Shown piece after piece: positions 18,919-27,322 of a stretch of 64,000 nucleotides of DNA. Source of the stretch: Deinococcales bacterium (GTDB lineage: Bacteria; Deinococcota; Deinococci; Deinococcales; JAAFIG01); NCBI GenBank assembly GCA_025352125.1, contig JANXTZ010000041.1, positions 7,756 through 71,755 of the forward strand, given 5' to 3'. How positions within the stretch are numbered: the first letter of the stretch is position 1; every line of letters starts with the position of its first letter. The notes beneath the pieces are model-generated. The model had not been told where the DNA came from, did no database searches, and saw only the letters and a list, made by a program, of their open reading frames with translations. Position numbers and translations under genes: made by a program.

Positions 18919-19557
18919 TCACCGGCGATTGAACGGGTTTTGGATGCTTTCCATAAATTCTTTGCGGGTTCTGGAATCCTCGCGGAAGATGCCGAGCATA
19001 CTGGTCGTGACCGTGCTCGATTGCTGCTTTTCGACGCCGCGCATTGCCATGCACAAATGCTGCCCCTCGAGCACCACGCCAACCCCTTGAGGCTCGAGGA
19101 TTTCCATGATCGCATCGGCAATTTGGGTGGTGATGCGTTCCTGCACTTGCAAACGACGGGCAAACAGATCGGTGATGCGGGCGAACTTGCTCAAACCCAG
19201 AATTTTGGCGTTTGGAATGTAACCAATGTGCGCCCGACCAAAAAACGGCAGCATGTGATGCTCACACATCGAATAAAATTCGATGTCTTTGACAATCACC
19301 ATTTGCGAACCCTCGGCTTGAAACACCGCCTCATTGGCGACCTCCTCGAGCGTCTTGCGGTAGCCGCTGGTGATGAATTCCCAGGCTTTGGCAACTCGAG
19401 TCGGGGTTTTGAGTAGCCCTTCACGGTCCGGGTCTTCGCCAATCGCCTCGAGCCAATCGTGGGTGACGGTGGTGAGTCGTTCTTTGCGGGCGGCTGCCAG
19501 GGTTTGCGCCGCGATCAGTGTACCTGTTTCAAAGTCAGAGCTTAAGTCTTGCATCAT
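18919..19557 (-). CDS. folE: GTP cyclohydrolase I
   Basis: MMQDLSS...[15 protein letters not shown]...[22 protein letters not shown]...[13 protein letters not shown] place the start at ATG 19557, preceded by AGGAGG 6 nt upstream. The 359-aa track ORF is an N-terminal artefact overlapping the SDR gene. Confidence 0.9.
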   Translation of the reverse strand: MMQDLSSDFETGTLIAAQTLAAARKERLTTVTHDWLEAIGEDPDREGLLKTPTRVAKAWEFITSGYRKTLEEVANEAVFQAEGSQMVIVKDIEFYSMCEHHMLPFFGRAHIGYIPNAKILGLSKFARITDLFARRLQVQERITTQIADAIMEILEPQGVGVVLEGQHLCMAMRGVEKQQSSTVTTSMLGIFREDSRTRKEFMESIQNPFNRR

Positions 19558-19592
19558 GTTGTGCCTCCTGGTTTCTCGAGCCTCATGCTCGG

Positions 19593-20309
19593 TCATAAAT
19601 TCCAACCGCCCGCCACCTCGAGCGTCTGTCCGGTAATGTAATCGCTCGATTCTTGCAAATAAAACAAAACCGCCTGTGCCACCTCGAGCGTCGTGCCCAG
19701 GCGCTTCATGGGGATTTGGTCTAGCGGTTGAGAGATGCTGTTTTCGATGACTCCAGGTGCGACCAGATTGGCGGTGATGCCGTGCTCGGCTTCGGACTTG
19801 GCTATCGCCTTGGTCAGCAGCAACACGCCCGTTTTGGCGATGGCATACGGCGTGATGGTCGCTCGAGAAACCAGGTTCTGAGCGCCCGCAAAACCAATGT
19901 TGACAATCCGTCCAAATTTTTGTGTACGCATGATCGGAATGGCTGTGCGGCAAGTGTAAAACGTGGCGTTGAGGTTTGTGTCCATCATCAGGTTCCAATC
20001 AGAAATCTCGAGGTCGCTCAGTGGTTTTCGGGTGTAATCGCCAACATTGTTGACCAACACGCCCAAAGCACCCAAATTACTGGCGGCATCTTGCACCAAT
20101 TTCTCTGCCTCGAGCGGCTTGGTCACATCGGCTTGCAACGCAACAGCTTTCACGCCCAGCGCTTCAAGCTCGAGTTTGAAAGCTTCGGCTTCAGATTTGG
20201 ATTTTCGGTAGTGAATGGCAATGTCATAGCCATTTCGCGCCAATTCGAGCGCAATGCCGCGCCCGATTCCTTTTGCCGAACCTGTAACCAACGCAGTTTT
20301 GAGCTTCAT
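19593..20309 (-). CDS. Short-chain dehydrogenase/reductase (FabG-like; possibly a pteridine/sepiapterin reductase)
   Basis: [24 protein letters not shown] (TGxxxGIG), NNVG and YAIAK (YxxxK). Its start forms an ATGA overlap with the Nudix stop. Confidence 0.85.
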   Translation of the reverse strand: MKLKTALVTGSAKGIGRGIALELARNGYDIAIHYRKSKSEAEAFKLELEALGVKAVALQADVTKPLEAEKLVQDAASNLGALGVLVNNVGDYTRKPLSDLEISDWNLMMDTNLNATFYTCRTAIPIMRTQKFGRIVNIGFAGAQNLVSRATITPYAIAKTGVLLLTKAIAKSEAEHGITANLVAPGVIENSISQPLDQIPMKRLGTTLEVAQAVLFYLQESSDYITGQTLEVAGGWNL

Positions 20310-20743
20310 ATTCGACCTGGAAAATTGTGAATTTTGCACCACTCGAGCAGCCGCAAGGTGTAGACGTTGACGGGATAATTGAATGCCTCTGAAAGCGTGA
20401 CCCAGGCAAATTCTGCGATTTCTTCGTTCATGGTCACTACATCTTCGTTGCACCGCGCCACAAACTCGAGGCTGACAAAGTGCATGGGCTTGTGAAACTT
20501 GGGGTCTTCAATGATCTCAGAATTGAAAGCGAATTGCAAATCAAAAATTTCGAGTCCCACCTCTTCGCGCATTTCGCGTTTTAAAGCGGTTTCAATGGTT
20601 TCTCCGTAATCAATTTTGCCACCAGGCACGCCCCACAGACCGCTCCACTTGTGGGTGCGGACGATCAGGATTTGGTTTTTGGGGTTGGCGATCAACGCTG
20701 CCACGGCTGGAAGCGGGTAAATCTTGTTGGTTGTTGGTGTCAC
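20306..20743 (-). CDS. NUDIX hydrolase
   Basis: 145 aa with Nudix box GGKIDYGETIETALKREMREEVGLE and a GTG start. Confidence 0.85.
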   Translation of the reverse strand: MTPTTNKIYPLPAVAALIANPKNQILIVRTHKWSGLWGVPGGKIDYGETIETALKREMREEVGLEIFDLQFAFNSEIIEDPKFHKPMHFVSLEFVARCNEDVVTMNEEIAEFAWVTLSEAFNYPVNVYTLRLLEWCKIHNFPGRI

Positions 20744-20783
20744 GTCTTGTCCCTTGAGTAAGAATTTTTGAATCGGGCGACTT

Positions 20784-20812
20784 CGAGTTGATTGGTGCTG
20801 TCAATCAACTCG
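20784..20812. promoter_or_regulatory. Perfect 11-bp inverted repeat upstream of the Nudix-SDR-folE operon (candidate operator)
   Basis: CGAGTTGATTG-gtgctgt-CAATCAACTCG, about 40 nt upstream of the Nudix GTG. No T-tract follows it on either strand. Confidence 0.35.
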
Positions 20813-20981
20813 GTCAGTATGCTTTAAATAGAACCAAAAGCCTGTGATGCGCGATACATCTGCAACACATAAATGGCTTATTTCGTAAGCCAAACTGCGA
20901 TTGAAAACAAGCCAAAAGTGTGCCACACCGCTAAGCGATTAAAACTCGAGAATGAGGTGGAAGTCACAGAATAAGGTCGAG

Positions 20982-21010
20982 AAAAGGGAGGACACGTTGC
21001 AGTGTCCTCC
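20982..21010 (-). terminator. Rho-independent terminator of the 438-aa gene
   Basis: GGAGGACAC-tgcaac-GTGTCCTCC followed by CTTTTCT on the minus strand. Confidence 0.65.
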
Positions 21011-21040
21011 TGAAATTTTATAGATTTTTGTGGCTCGAGG

Positions 21041-22357
21041 TTAAGGGATTTTTAGTGATAACCAAGTTTGAACTTTTTCTCGAGCATAGTCATGAGCATC
21101 CAGCAACATTTCTTCGAGCACCCATTCTGGTAGACAATCCAGTTCGTTCATGAGTTCAACAACATGTAACCGACAACTGACACAACTGCCCGCTTCATAC
21201 AATTGAAAAAGAGTTTTTAGGGCATTTGCTGAAGGGTTGGTTTCAATTACCTTGCGGGTTTGGACAATCAATTTCTCGCAATGGTCGTCGGATAAATCAA
21301 CCGTTAGACTCTCGAGTAGCTCCCAATCTTCTTGCTCGAAATTCAGTTCAAGCAAGTACATTCCTTGGCGCTGCATTTCTGGATTTCCCAAAAACTCGAG
21401 CGCAAGTTCTCGAATTCTGGAATCAGAAAACCACGACAGCGCTTGACAGGCAACCCAAACAACATCTTCGTTTTTATGACGACAAAGCTCGAGAAGCAAG
21501 GTGTAATCCAACGGGAACGGGCGTTCTGCAAAAATACTGAGCGCCCGTTCCAATTTTTTTACACCACGAATTTCAGGAATTCTTTGCGCCACACGAATAA
21601 GCGACTCCTCGCTCGCATCTTGTCCCCAAAACTCAAGAGACACTCGACCACCTCGAACACCTTTTTCAATTGCCCGAGCAGCCCATTCATACGGCAATTT
21701 TTCGTACCTTCGACCTTTACGTCTGGACTTCAAAGTCTTTCGACAAAACTCAAGGTATTCAGAAGCCTTCGGTTTGTTCAATTCTAGAAATGCTTGATTG
21801 ACAGCTTCTGCACCAAGCGATTCACTAAAATCCCGAACGTAATGCCGAGGTATCACATCTTGATCCTCCGTTCCTACCAATCCTCCAAAAAATCGGGAAA
21901 TAAACAGTAAACCTTTTAACCCATCAAGCGTGACAATTTCTCGTCCACTACGCCCATCGAAACCAGTTTTGACAGTTTCAACAAAATCTTTGTATAAAGC
22001 TTCTCGAGCCTTTGCCACACCTGCTTTTGCAAACTCGAGAATCAATTCTTTTGAAGGACGTTCATCTTCATCTGGAGGAATGGTTTGAAAAGCATTCAGG
22101 ATTTGGTTTTTCAAATCCTGCGAATCTTCAAAAACATCTAAAAGTTCTACAAAATACGGAGCTTTATTGTAGAAAAAGTGACGAGAATGTGCTAAATCTT
22201 TCATACAAGTCTCGAGAATAATTTCTTTGTACGGCATAGGATCATGCTTTTTCAAACACAAAATAGCGCGACCTAAACCTTGCTCCAGCGCTCGTTTAAA
22301 TTCGTCGGGGGTCAGTGGTTCTTTGGCGGCACGGATTTCTGGTCGTGCTTGGGGCAT
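21041..22357 (-). CDS. Hypothetical all-helical (HEAT/ARM-like repeat?) protein in AT-richer DNA
   Basis: 438 aa, Leu/Glu-rich, no TM and no catalytic motif I recognise. C-terminal ...YEAGSCVSCRLHVVELMNELDCLPEWVLEEML.... Confidence 0.6.
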   Translation of the reverse strand: MPQARPEIRAAKEPLTPDEFKRALEQGLGRAILCLKKHDPMPYKEIILETCMKDLAHSRHFFYNKAPYFVELLDVFEDSQDLKNQILNAFQTIPPDEDERPSKELILEFAKAGVAKAREALYKDFVETVKTGFDGRSGREIVTLDGLKGLLFISRFFGGLVGTEDQDVIPRHYVRDFSESLGAEAVNQAFLELNKPKASEYLEFCRKTLKSRRKGRRYEKLPYEWAARAIEKGVRGGRVSLEFWGQDASEESLIRVAQRIPEIRGVKKLERALSIFAERPFPLDYTLLLELCRHKNEDVVWVACQALSWFSDSRIRELALEFLGNPEMQRQGMYLLELNFEQEDWELLESLTVDLSDDHCEKLIVQTRKVIETNPSANALKTLFQLYEAGSCVSCRLHVVELMNELDCLPEWVLEEMLLDAHDYAREKVQTWLSLKIP

Positions 22358-22480
22358 TGGTGCTCCTTTTTTGTAAGGGCGAAGTGTTGAAAACCAATGC
22401 GGTCAGGTAAATCATAAAACCACCTCCAAGCTCGAGTTTAACGTCTCGGGCTTACAAAACGTATACGCACTTTGGCAGAT

Positions 22481-23368
22481 TCAAAAAAATATTGAAGGGT
22501 GTTTTCCTTGCAAAACCGCCCTGGCTCGAGCCTCACGCCGAACTTGCAAGACCACCACAGTTAACCCGCAAAATAAAACAAACCACAAAAACAATTTTGG
22601 AACGCCAAGCACCAAGCACAACCCCAACACAGCCAATTGCGTGCTCAACTCGAGGTTTGCCAGCACCAGCAAACTATCAGCCTCAAAATATTCAATTCTG
22701 GCAATGGCACGAAGGTCTGGTCTGGGAAACTGCAAGTAAACTTTTTCAAATCGGGATTCGGAAAAATTTCTGATCGCCACATCTTGCGGTTTGAAAAATC
22801 CAGTATACACACGCTCGAGGAACCTTAAAACGCTTTGGTTTTCGGTGCTGGTGTCTGGACTGGCTCGGAATGGTTCATTGCGCTCGAGACGGTAAAGGTA
22901 CTCCCAGTTGAAATCAAAACTGAGCAACAGTGTGAACGTCACAATTGCCAGGAACGCCAAAAACCATGCGCCCGTGATTGCGCCCAGACCTGCGAACAAC
23001 GCGGCATTGACCAGCGTATCGCCTTCGGTGTCCAAATAACGCCCGATTTCTGTCATCATGTTGGACGCTCGAGCAAGTTGACCGTCGGCATTATCGAGAA
23101 CGGTTTTGACTTGAATTAGTATTGCGGCAATCCAAAATTCGCCTCGAGCAATCAAAAAGCCACAAAACACGCCCAAGCACGTGTGAAACACCACCAACCA
23201 AGTGGGCTGAACTTTTAAAGGCAGCAAGGCTTGCACCACCAAATGCGCGATGGGGCGAAAAAAATACTCGCTCGAGAATTCAATTCTGGGGCGTGGTTTG
23301 AGTGAACGCTGATACACGCTTTTTGAATCGTTGGCGGGTTGGCTCATGGGTATGAGATTGTACTGCAT
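22481..23368 (-). CDS. CDP-alcohol phosphatidyltransferase family protein
   Basis: 295 aa, multi-TM, with signature DNADGQLARASNMMTEIGRYLDTEGDTLVNAA (DGxxAR...G...D...D). Confidence 0.8.
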   Translation of the reverse strand: MQYNLIPMSQPANDSKSVYQRSLKPRPRIEFSSEYFFRPIAHLVVQALLPLKVQPTWLVVFHTCLGVFCGFLIARGEFWIAAILIQVKTVLDNADGQLARASNMMTEIGRYLDTEGDTLVNAALFAGLGAITGAWFLAFLAIVTFTLLLSFDFNWEYLYRLERNEPFRASPDTSTENQSVLRFLERVYTGFFKPQDVAIRNFSESRFEKVYLQFPRPDLRAIARIEYFEADSLLVLANLELSTQLAVLGLCLVLGVPKLFLWFVLFCGLTVVVLQVRREARARAVLQGKHPSIFF

Positions 23369-23379
23369 CGGGCTTCTGG

Positions 23380-23419
23380 GAAGTGAGACGCAAATTGCAT
23401 CTTGATTGCTCGAGATTCA
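23380..23419. repeat. 40-bp direct repeat, copy A (3' flank of the toxin-antitoxin cassette)
   Basis: GAAGTGAGACGCAAATTGCATCTTGATTGCTCGAGATTCA. It matches 24038-24078 with one substitution and one 1-nt indel. Confidence 0.85.
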
Positions 23420-23764
23420 CAAGCCCTGAATTAACCGCAATCCATCTTCAACGCGCCGCAACAGTTCTGCTGGCAAGATGCCAATGCGAGACTCGAGAAA
23501 CTCCCGATCTATCGTGACCACCTGGGTCACGTTCACGACGCTCTCTTGCTCGAGTCCAGCGCTAAATGCAGGAATCAGGACATTGCCTGGAAGGTCAGCC
23601 AGTGCCAAGTTGGTTGTGATTGACACGGCAAGCACTGTTGCCAATCTCGAGCGGTTAAAGCGGTTGATTTGAACAATCAAAACTGGGAGGCGAAACCCTG
23701 GTTCACTGCCGACAGGTTCGGGCAGGTTTGCCCACCACACGTCGCCACGAGAGATTTCATCCAT
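23417..23764 (-). CDS. MazF/PemK-family type II toxin (endoribonuclease)
   Basis: MDEISRGDVWWANLPEPVGSEPGFRLPVLIVQ...NVTQVVTIDREFL is typical of PemK. The track ORF starts 18 nt further upstream (23782). Confidence 0.85.
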   Translation of the reverse strand: MDEISRGDVWWANLPEPVGSEPGFRLPVLIVQINRFNRSRLATVLAVSITTNLALADLPGNVLIPAFSAGLEQESVVNVTQVVTIDREFLESRIGILPAELLRRVEDGLRLIQGL

Positions 23765-23988
23765 GGCGCTCGAGGGTCGCACCTTGCAATCGTTTTAAAC
23801 CCGACAAGACGTGTGTCCACCCGATCTGCAACACGGTTTATGGCTTCGGTGAGCGGATCAATTTGGTTTGTCTCGAGAAACACTTCGAGCGCTTGGGCGT
23901 AAACGGCACTGCGGGTCAGACCGCGTTCCCTTGCAAAGCGTTCGGCGGCTTCAAAGACTTCGTTTGGCAGTGAAACAGCAGTTTTCAT
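23677..23988 (-). CDS. Ribbon-helix-helix (CopG/MetJ-type) antitoxin; the 3' end is suspect
   Basis: MKTAVSLPNEVFEAAERFARERGLTRSAVYAQALEVFLE is a classical RHH N-terminus. As read, the ORF overlaps the toxin by 88 nt with a Cys-rich tail that looks non-native (see findings). Confidence 0.7.
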   Translation of the reverse strand: MKTAVSLPNEVFEAAERFARERGLTRSAVYAQALEVFLETNQIDPLTEAINRVADRVDTRLVGFKTIARCDPRAPWMKSLVATCGGQTCPNLSAVNQGFASQF

Positions 23989-23994
23989 GACTCG

Positions 23995-24023
23995 AGTATA
24001 CCAGGCGTAATACCCGATTTCAA
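23995..24023 (-). promoter_or_regulatory. Promoter of the toxin-antitoxin cassette, predicting a leaderless mRNA
   Basis: On the minus strand: TTGAAA, 17-nt spacer, TATACT, then 6 nt (cgagtc) to the antitoxin ATG at 23988. Confidence 0.45.
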
Positions 24024-24037
24024 CGGGATTCTTAAGT

Positions 24038-24078
24038 GAAGTGAGACGCAAATTGCAGCTTGGATTGCTCGAGATTCA
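24038..24078. repeat. 40-bp direct repeat, copy B (5' flank of the toxin-antitoxin cassette)
   Basis: GAAGTGAGACGCAAATTGCAGCTTGGATTGCTCGAGATTCA. Confidence 0.85.
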
Positions 24079-24119
24079 AACGAAAGGGACATAATCTTGA
24101 CTAAATTTATTTAGAGATC

Positions 24120-24689
24120 TTAAGTATGAAATTCATTCACAGGGATAAACTGACACCCAGTTATTCCAGAAGTCTCGAGGCTAGATTTCAGAGATTGATG
24201 GATTAACACAAAGCAATAAAATTCTGCTATTCGCAGCAAGGGTCGTTGCATATCCAGAATCTCTTGTTTTAGTTCTAATTTTTTAATTTCTATAATGAAT
24301 TCAGCATCTTCTGTATCAAAAACAAGCTCTGAATTTTTAAGGTCAATCGATTCATGTTTTTCGAGCAGATGAAATGCCGAGTAATTTAAATCCAGTTGAA
24401 CTCTGGACTTGAGATCAAACACGTCTGAGGGAATGCTCTCAGAATTAACTCCGTGCTGCTCGAGAATATCAAGCATTCGTTGCGAATACATATCAATACC
24501 ACTTCCGCAATTGTAATTGTCAAATTTTGGTCCAGAACCATCGATCAAAAATTTGAATCGTTGTGGTTTTTTGGTTAAAGGCTCTGCCAACCACCAATGA
24601 GGCTCACAGTCTCGTAATAATGGTTCTGATCTTGCGAGAAGAGTCTTGTTGTGCCAGCTTTTTAATTCTGCTCGAAATACAAAGTACAT
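24120..24689 (-). CDS. Hypothetical protein resembling DUF1629/Imm11-type polymorphic-toxin immunity proteins
   Basis: 189 aa in markedly AT-rich DNA (about 38% GC in a 120-nt hand count). ...GSGIDMYSQRMLDILEQHGV... and C-terminal FVLIHQSLKSSLETSGITGCQFIPV resemble that family from memory only. Confidence 0.45.
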   Translation of the reverse strand: MYFVFRAELKSWHNKTLLARSEPLLRDCEPHWWLAEPLTKKPQRFKFLIDGSGPKFDNYNCGSGIDMYSQRMLDILEQHGVNSESIPSDVFDLKSRVQLDLNYSAFHLLEKHESIDLKNSELVFDTEDAEFIIEIKKLELKQEILDMQRPLLRIAEFYCFVLIHQSLKSSLETSGITGCQFIPVNEFHT

Positions 24690-24772
24690 ACTGACCTCGT
24701 GAAAAAAGTATACGTTTAAATTCTTTCATTTGAAGCAAGTGAAATACGAAAATTATCTTCATCTCGAGCATC

Positions 24773-24802
24773 AAAAAAGCGTGAAGGGTTTCCCCTTCAC
24801 GC
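24773..24802 (-). terminator. Rho-independent terminator of groES-groEL
   Basis: GCGTGAAGGG-gaaa-CCCTTCACGC followed by TTTTTT on the minus strand. Confidence 0.8.
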
Positions 24803-24808
24803 CGTAAC

Positions 24809-24844
24809 CTCGAGTTTTCTCGAGTTTTCTCGAGTTTTCTCGAG
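24809..24844. repeat. Tandem array (CTCGAGTTTT)x3 plus a fourth CTCGAG
   Basis: Read directly: cctcgagttttctcgagttttctcgagttttctcgagg. It lies between the groEL stop (24847) and its terminator. Confidence 0.95.
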
Positions 24845-24846
24845 GT

Positions 24847-26574
<1,728 letters not shown>

Positions 26575-26874
26575 TTAACCAATGACGGCGAGGATGTCAC
26601 GTTCGGAAAGAATGGTGTAATCCACGCCTTCAACGTTGACTTCGGTGCCACCGTATTTGGCAAAGTACACCACGTCGCCAACCTTGACTTCGACGGCAAC
26701 TTTGCTGCCGCTATCCAGGGTGCGACCGCTTCCAACGGCGACGACCTTGCCGCGTTGGCTTTTTTCTTTGGCGGTGTCTGGAATGAACAGACCGCCTTTG
26801 GTCTTTTGTTCTGACTCTTCGACGACTTCGATCACGATGCGGTCACCCAGGGGCTTTAATGCGTGCTTCGCCAT
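26575..26874 (-). CDS. groES: Co-chaperonin GroES (Cpn10)
   Basis: [50 protein letters not shown]..., with AGGAGG 5 nt upstream of the ATG at 26874. The track ORF is N-terminally over-extended. Confidence 0.95.
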   Translation of the reverse strand: MAKHALKPLGDRIVIEVVEESEQKTKGGLFIPDTAKEKSQRGKVVAVGSGRTLDSGSKVAVEVKVGDVVYFAKYGGTEVNVEGVDYTILSERDILAVIG

Positions 26875-26905
26875 AATTCCTCCTAAAAGAATATTGGTAT
26901 TGGTT

Positions 26906-26932
26906 TTGGCAGTCTCGAGTCTCGAGTGCCAA
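26906..26932 (-). promoter_or_regulatory. CIRCE-like 9-N9-9 inverted repeat in the groES leader
   Basis: In gene orientation, TTGGCACTC-GAGACTCGA-GACTGCCAA versus CIRCE TTAGCACTC-N9-GAGTGCTAA (8/9 and 7/9). It contains two CTCGAG copies. Confidence 0.4.
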
Positions 26933-26942
26933 TTCGTTCCAG

Positions 26943-26972
26943 AGTATACGGTGCTTGTCAGCTTTGAGTCAA
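26943..26972 (-). promoter_or_regulatory. Candidate groES-groEL promoter
   Basis: On the minus strand: TTGACT (26967-26972), 18-nt spacer, TATACT (26943-26948), about 68 nt upstream of the groES ATG. Confidence 0.5.
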
Positions 26973-27091
26973 GCTGCTGCGCAGCAGATGTGAGTGTCAT
27001 GTGCTCAAGTTAGACGCTCAAGCCCTGCTTATATTCTTGATTTATATTCTTTACTTGAATTCTTTACTTTATGTTGATAAGCTTATAAAAT

Positions 27092-27322
27092 ATGAAAAGT
27101 ACCATCAGCACCAAAGGGCAAGTCACCATCCCCATCGATATTCGTAGCGAACTGGGCGCAAAACCAGGGGATCAAATCGAATTTATCAAACACAACAACG
27201 AAATTGTGGTTCGGGTCGCTCGAACAAAAGACAATCCTTTCGATCAATGGATTGGGCGCTTCCCACTGCCTAAAGGTCAAGATGCCGTTACTTGGGTACG
27301 AGAACTTCGGGACGCAGAGTGA
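27092..27322 (+). CDS. vapB: AbrB/SpoVT-type antitoxin (VapB-like)
   Basis: 76 aa: MKSTISTKGQVTIPIDIRSELGAKPGDQIEFI is a canonical SpoVT-AbrB swapped-hairpin motif. Confidence 0.8.
   Translation: MKSTISTKGQVTIPIDIRSELGAKPGDQIEFIKHNNEIVVRVARTKDNPFDQWIGRFPLPKGQDAVTWVRELRDAE

Noticed and set aside
19558-19998. The N-terminal 147 codons of the 359-aa track ORF containing folE, and similar over-extensions for groES (to 27000), mobA (to 9874), SDR (to 20453), PPK2 (to 31114), rhodanese (from 51804), the secreted protein (to 44252) and tilS (to 55017).
   Set aside because: The extensions overlap neighbouring genes and have improbable composition. Internal ATGs with good Shine-Dalgarno sequences or ATGA stop/start overlaps give proteins of family-typical length.
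23791-23806. A programmed -1 ribosomal frameshift at the GGGTTTAAA stretch in the antitoxin.
   Set aside because: In the zero frame the codons are GTC-GGG-TTT-AAA, not the X-XXY-YYZ phase. The frame that gives the canonical C-terminus is +1, not -1. An indel is the simpler explanation.
24809-24844. A possible CRISPR-like array, considered because of the regularly spaced repeats.
   Set aside because: The period is only 10 bp, the spacers are an invariant TTTT, and there are no cas genes. It is a microsatellite of the CTCGAG motif.
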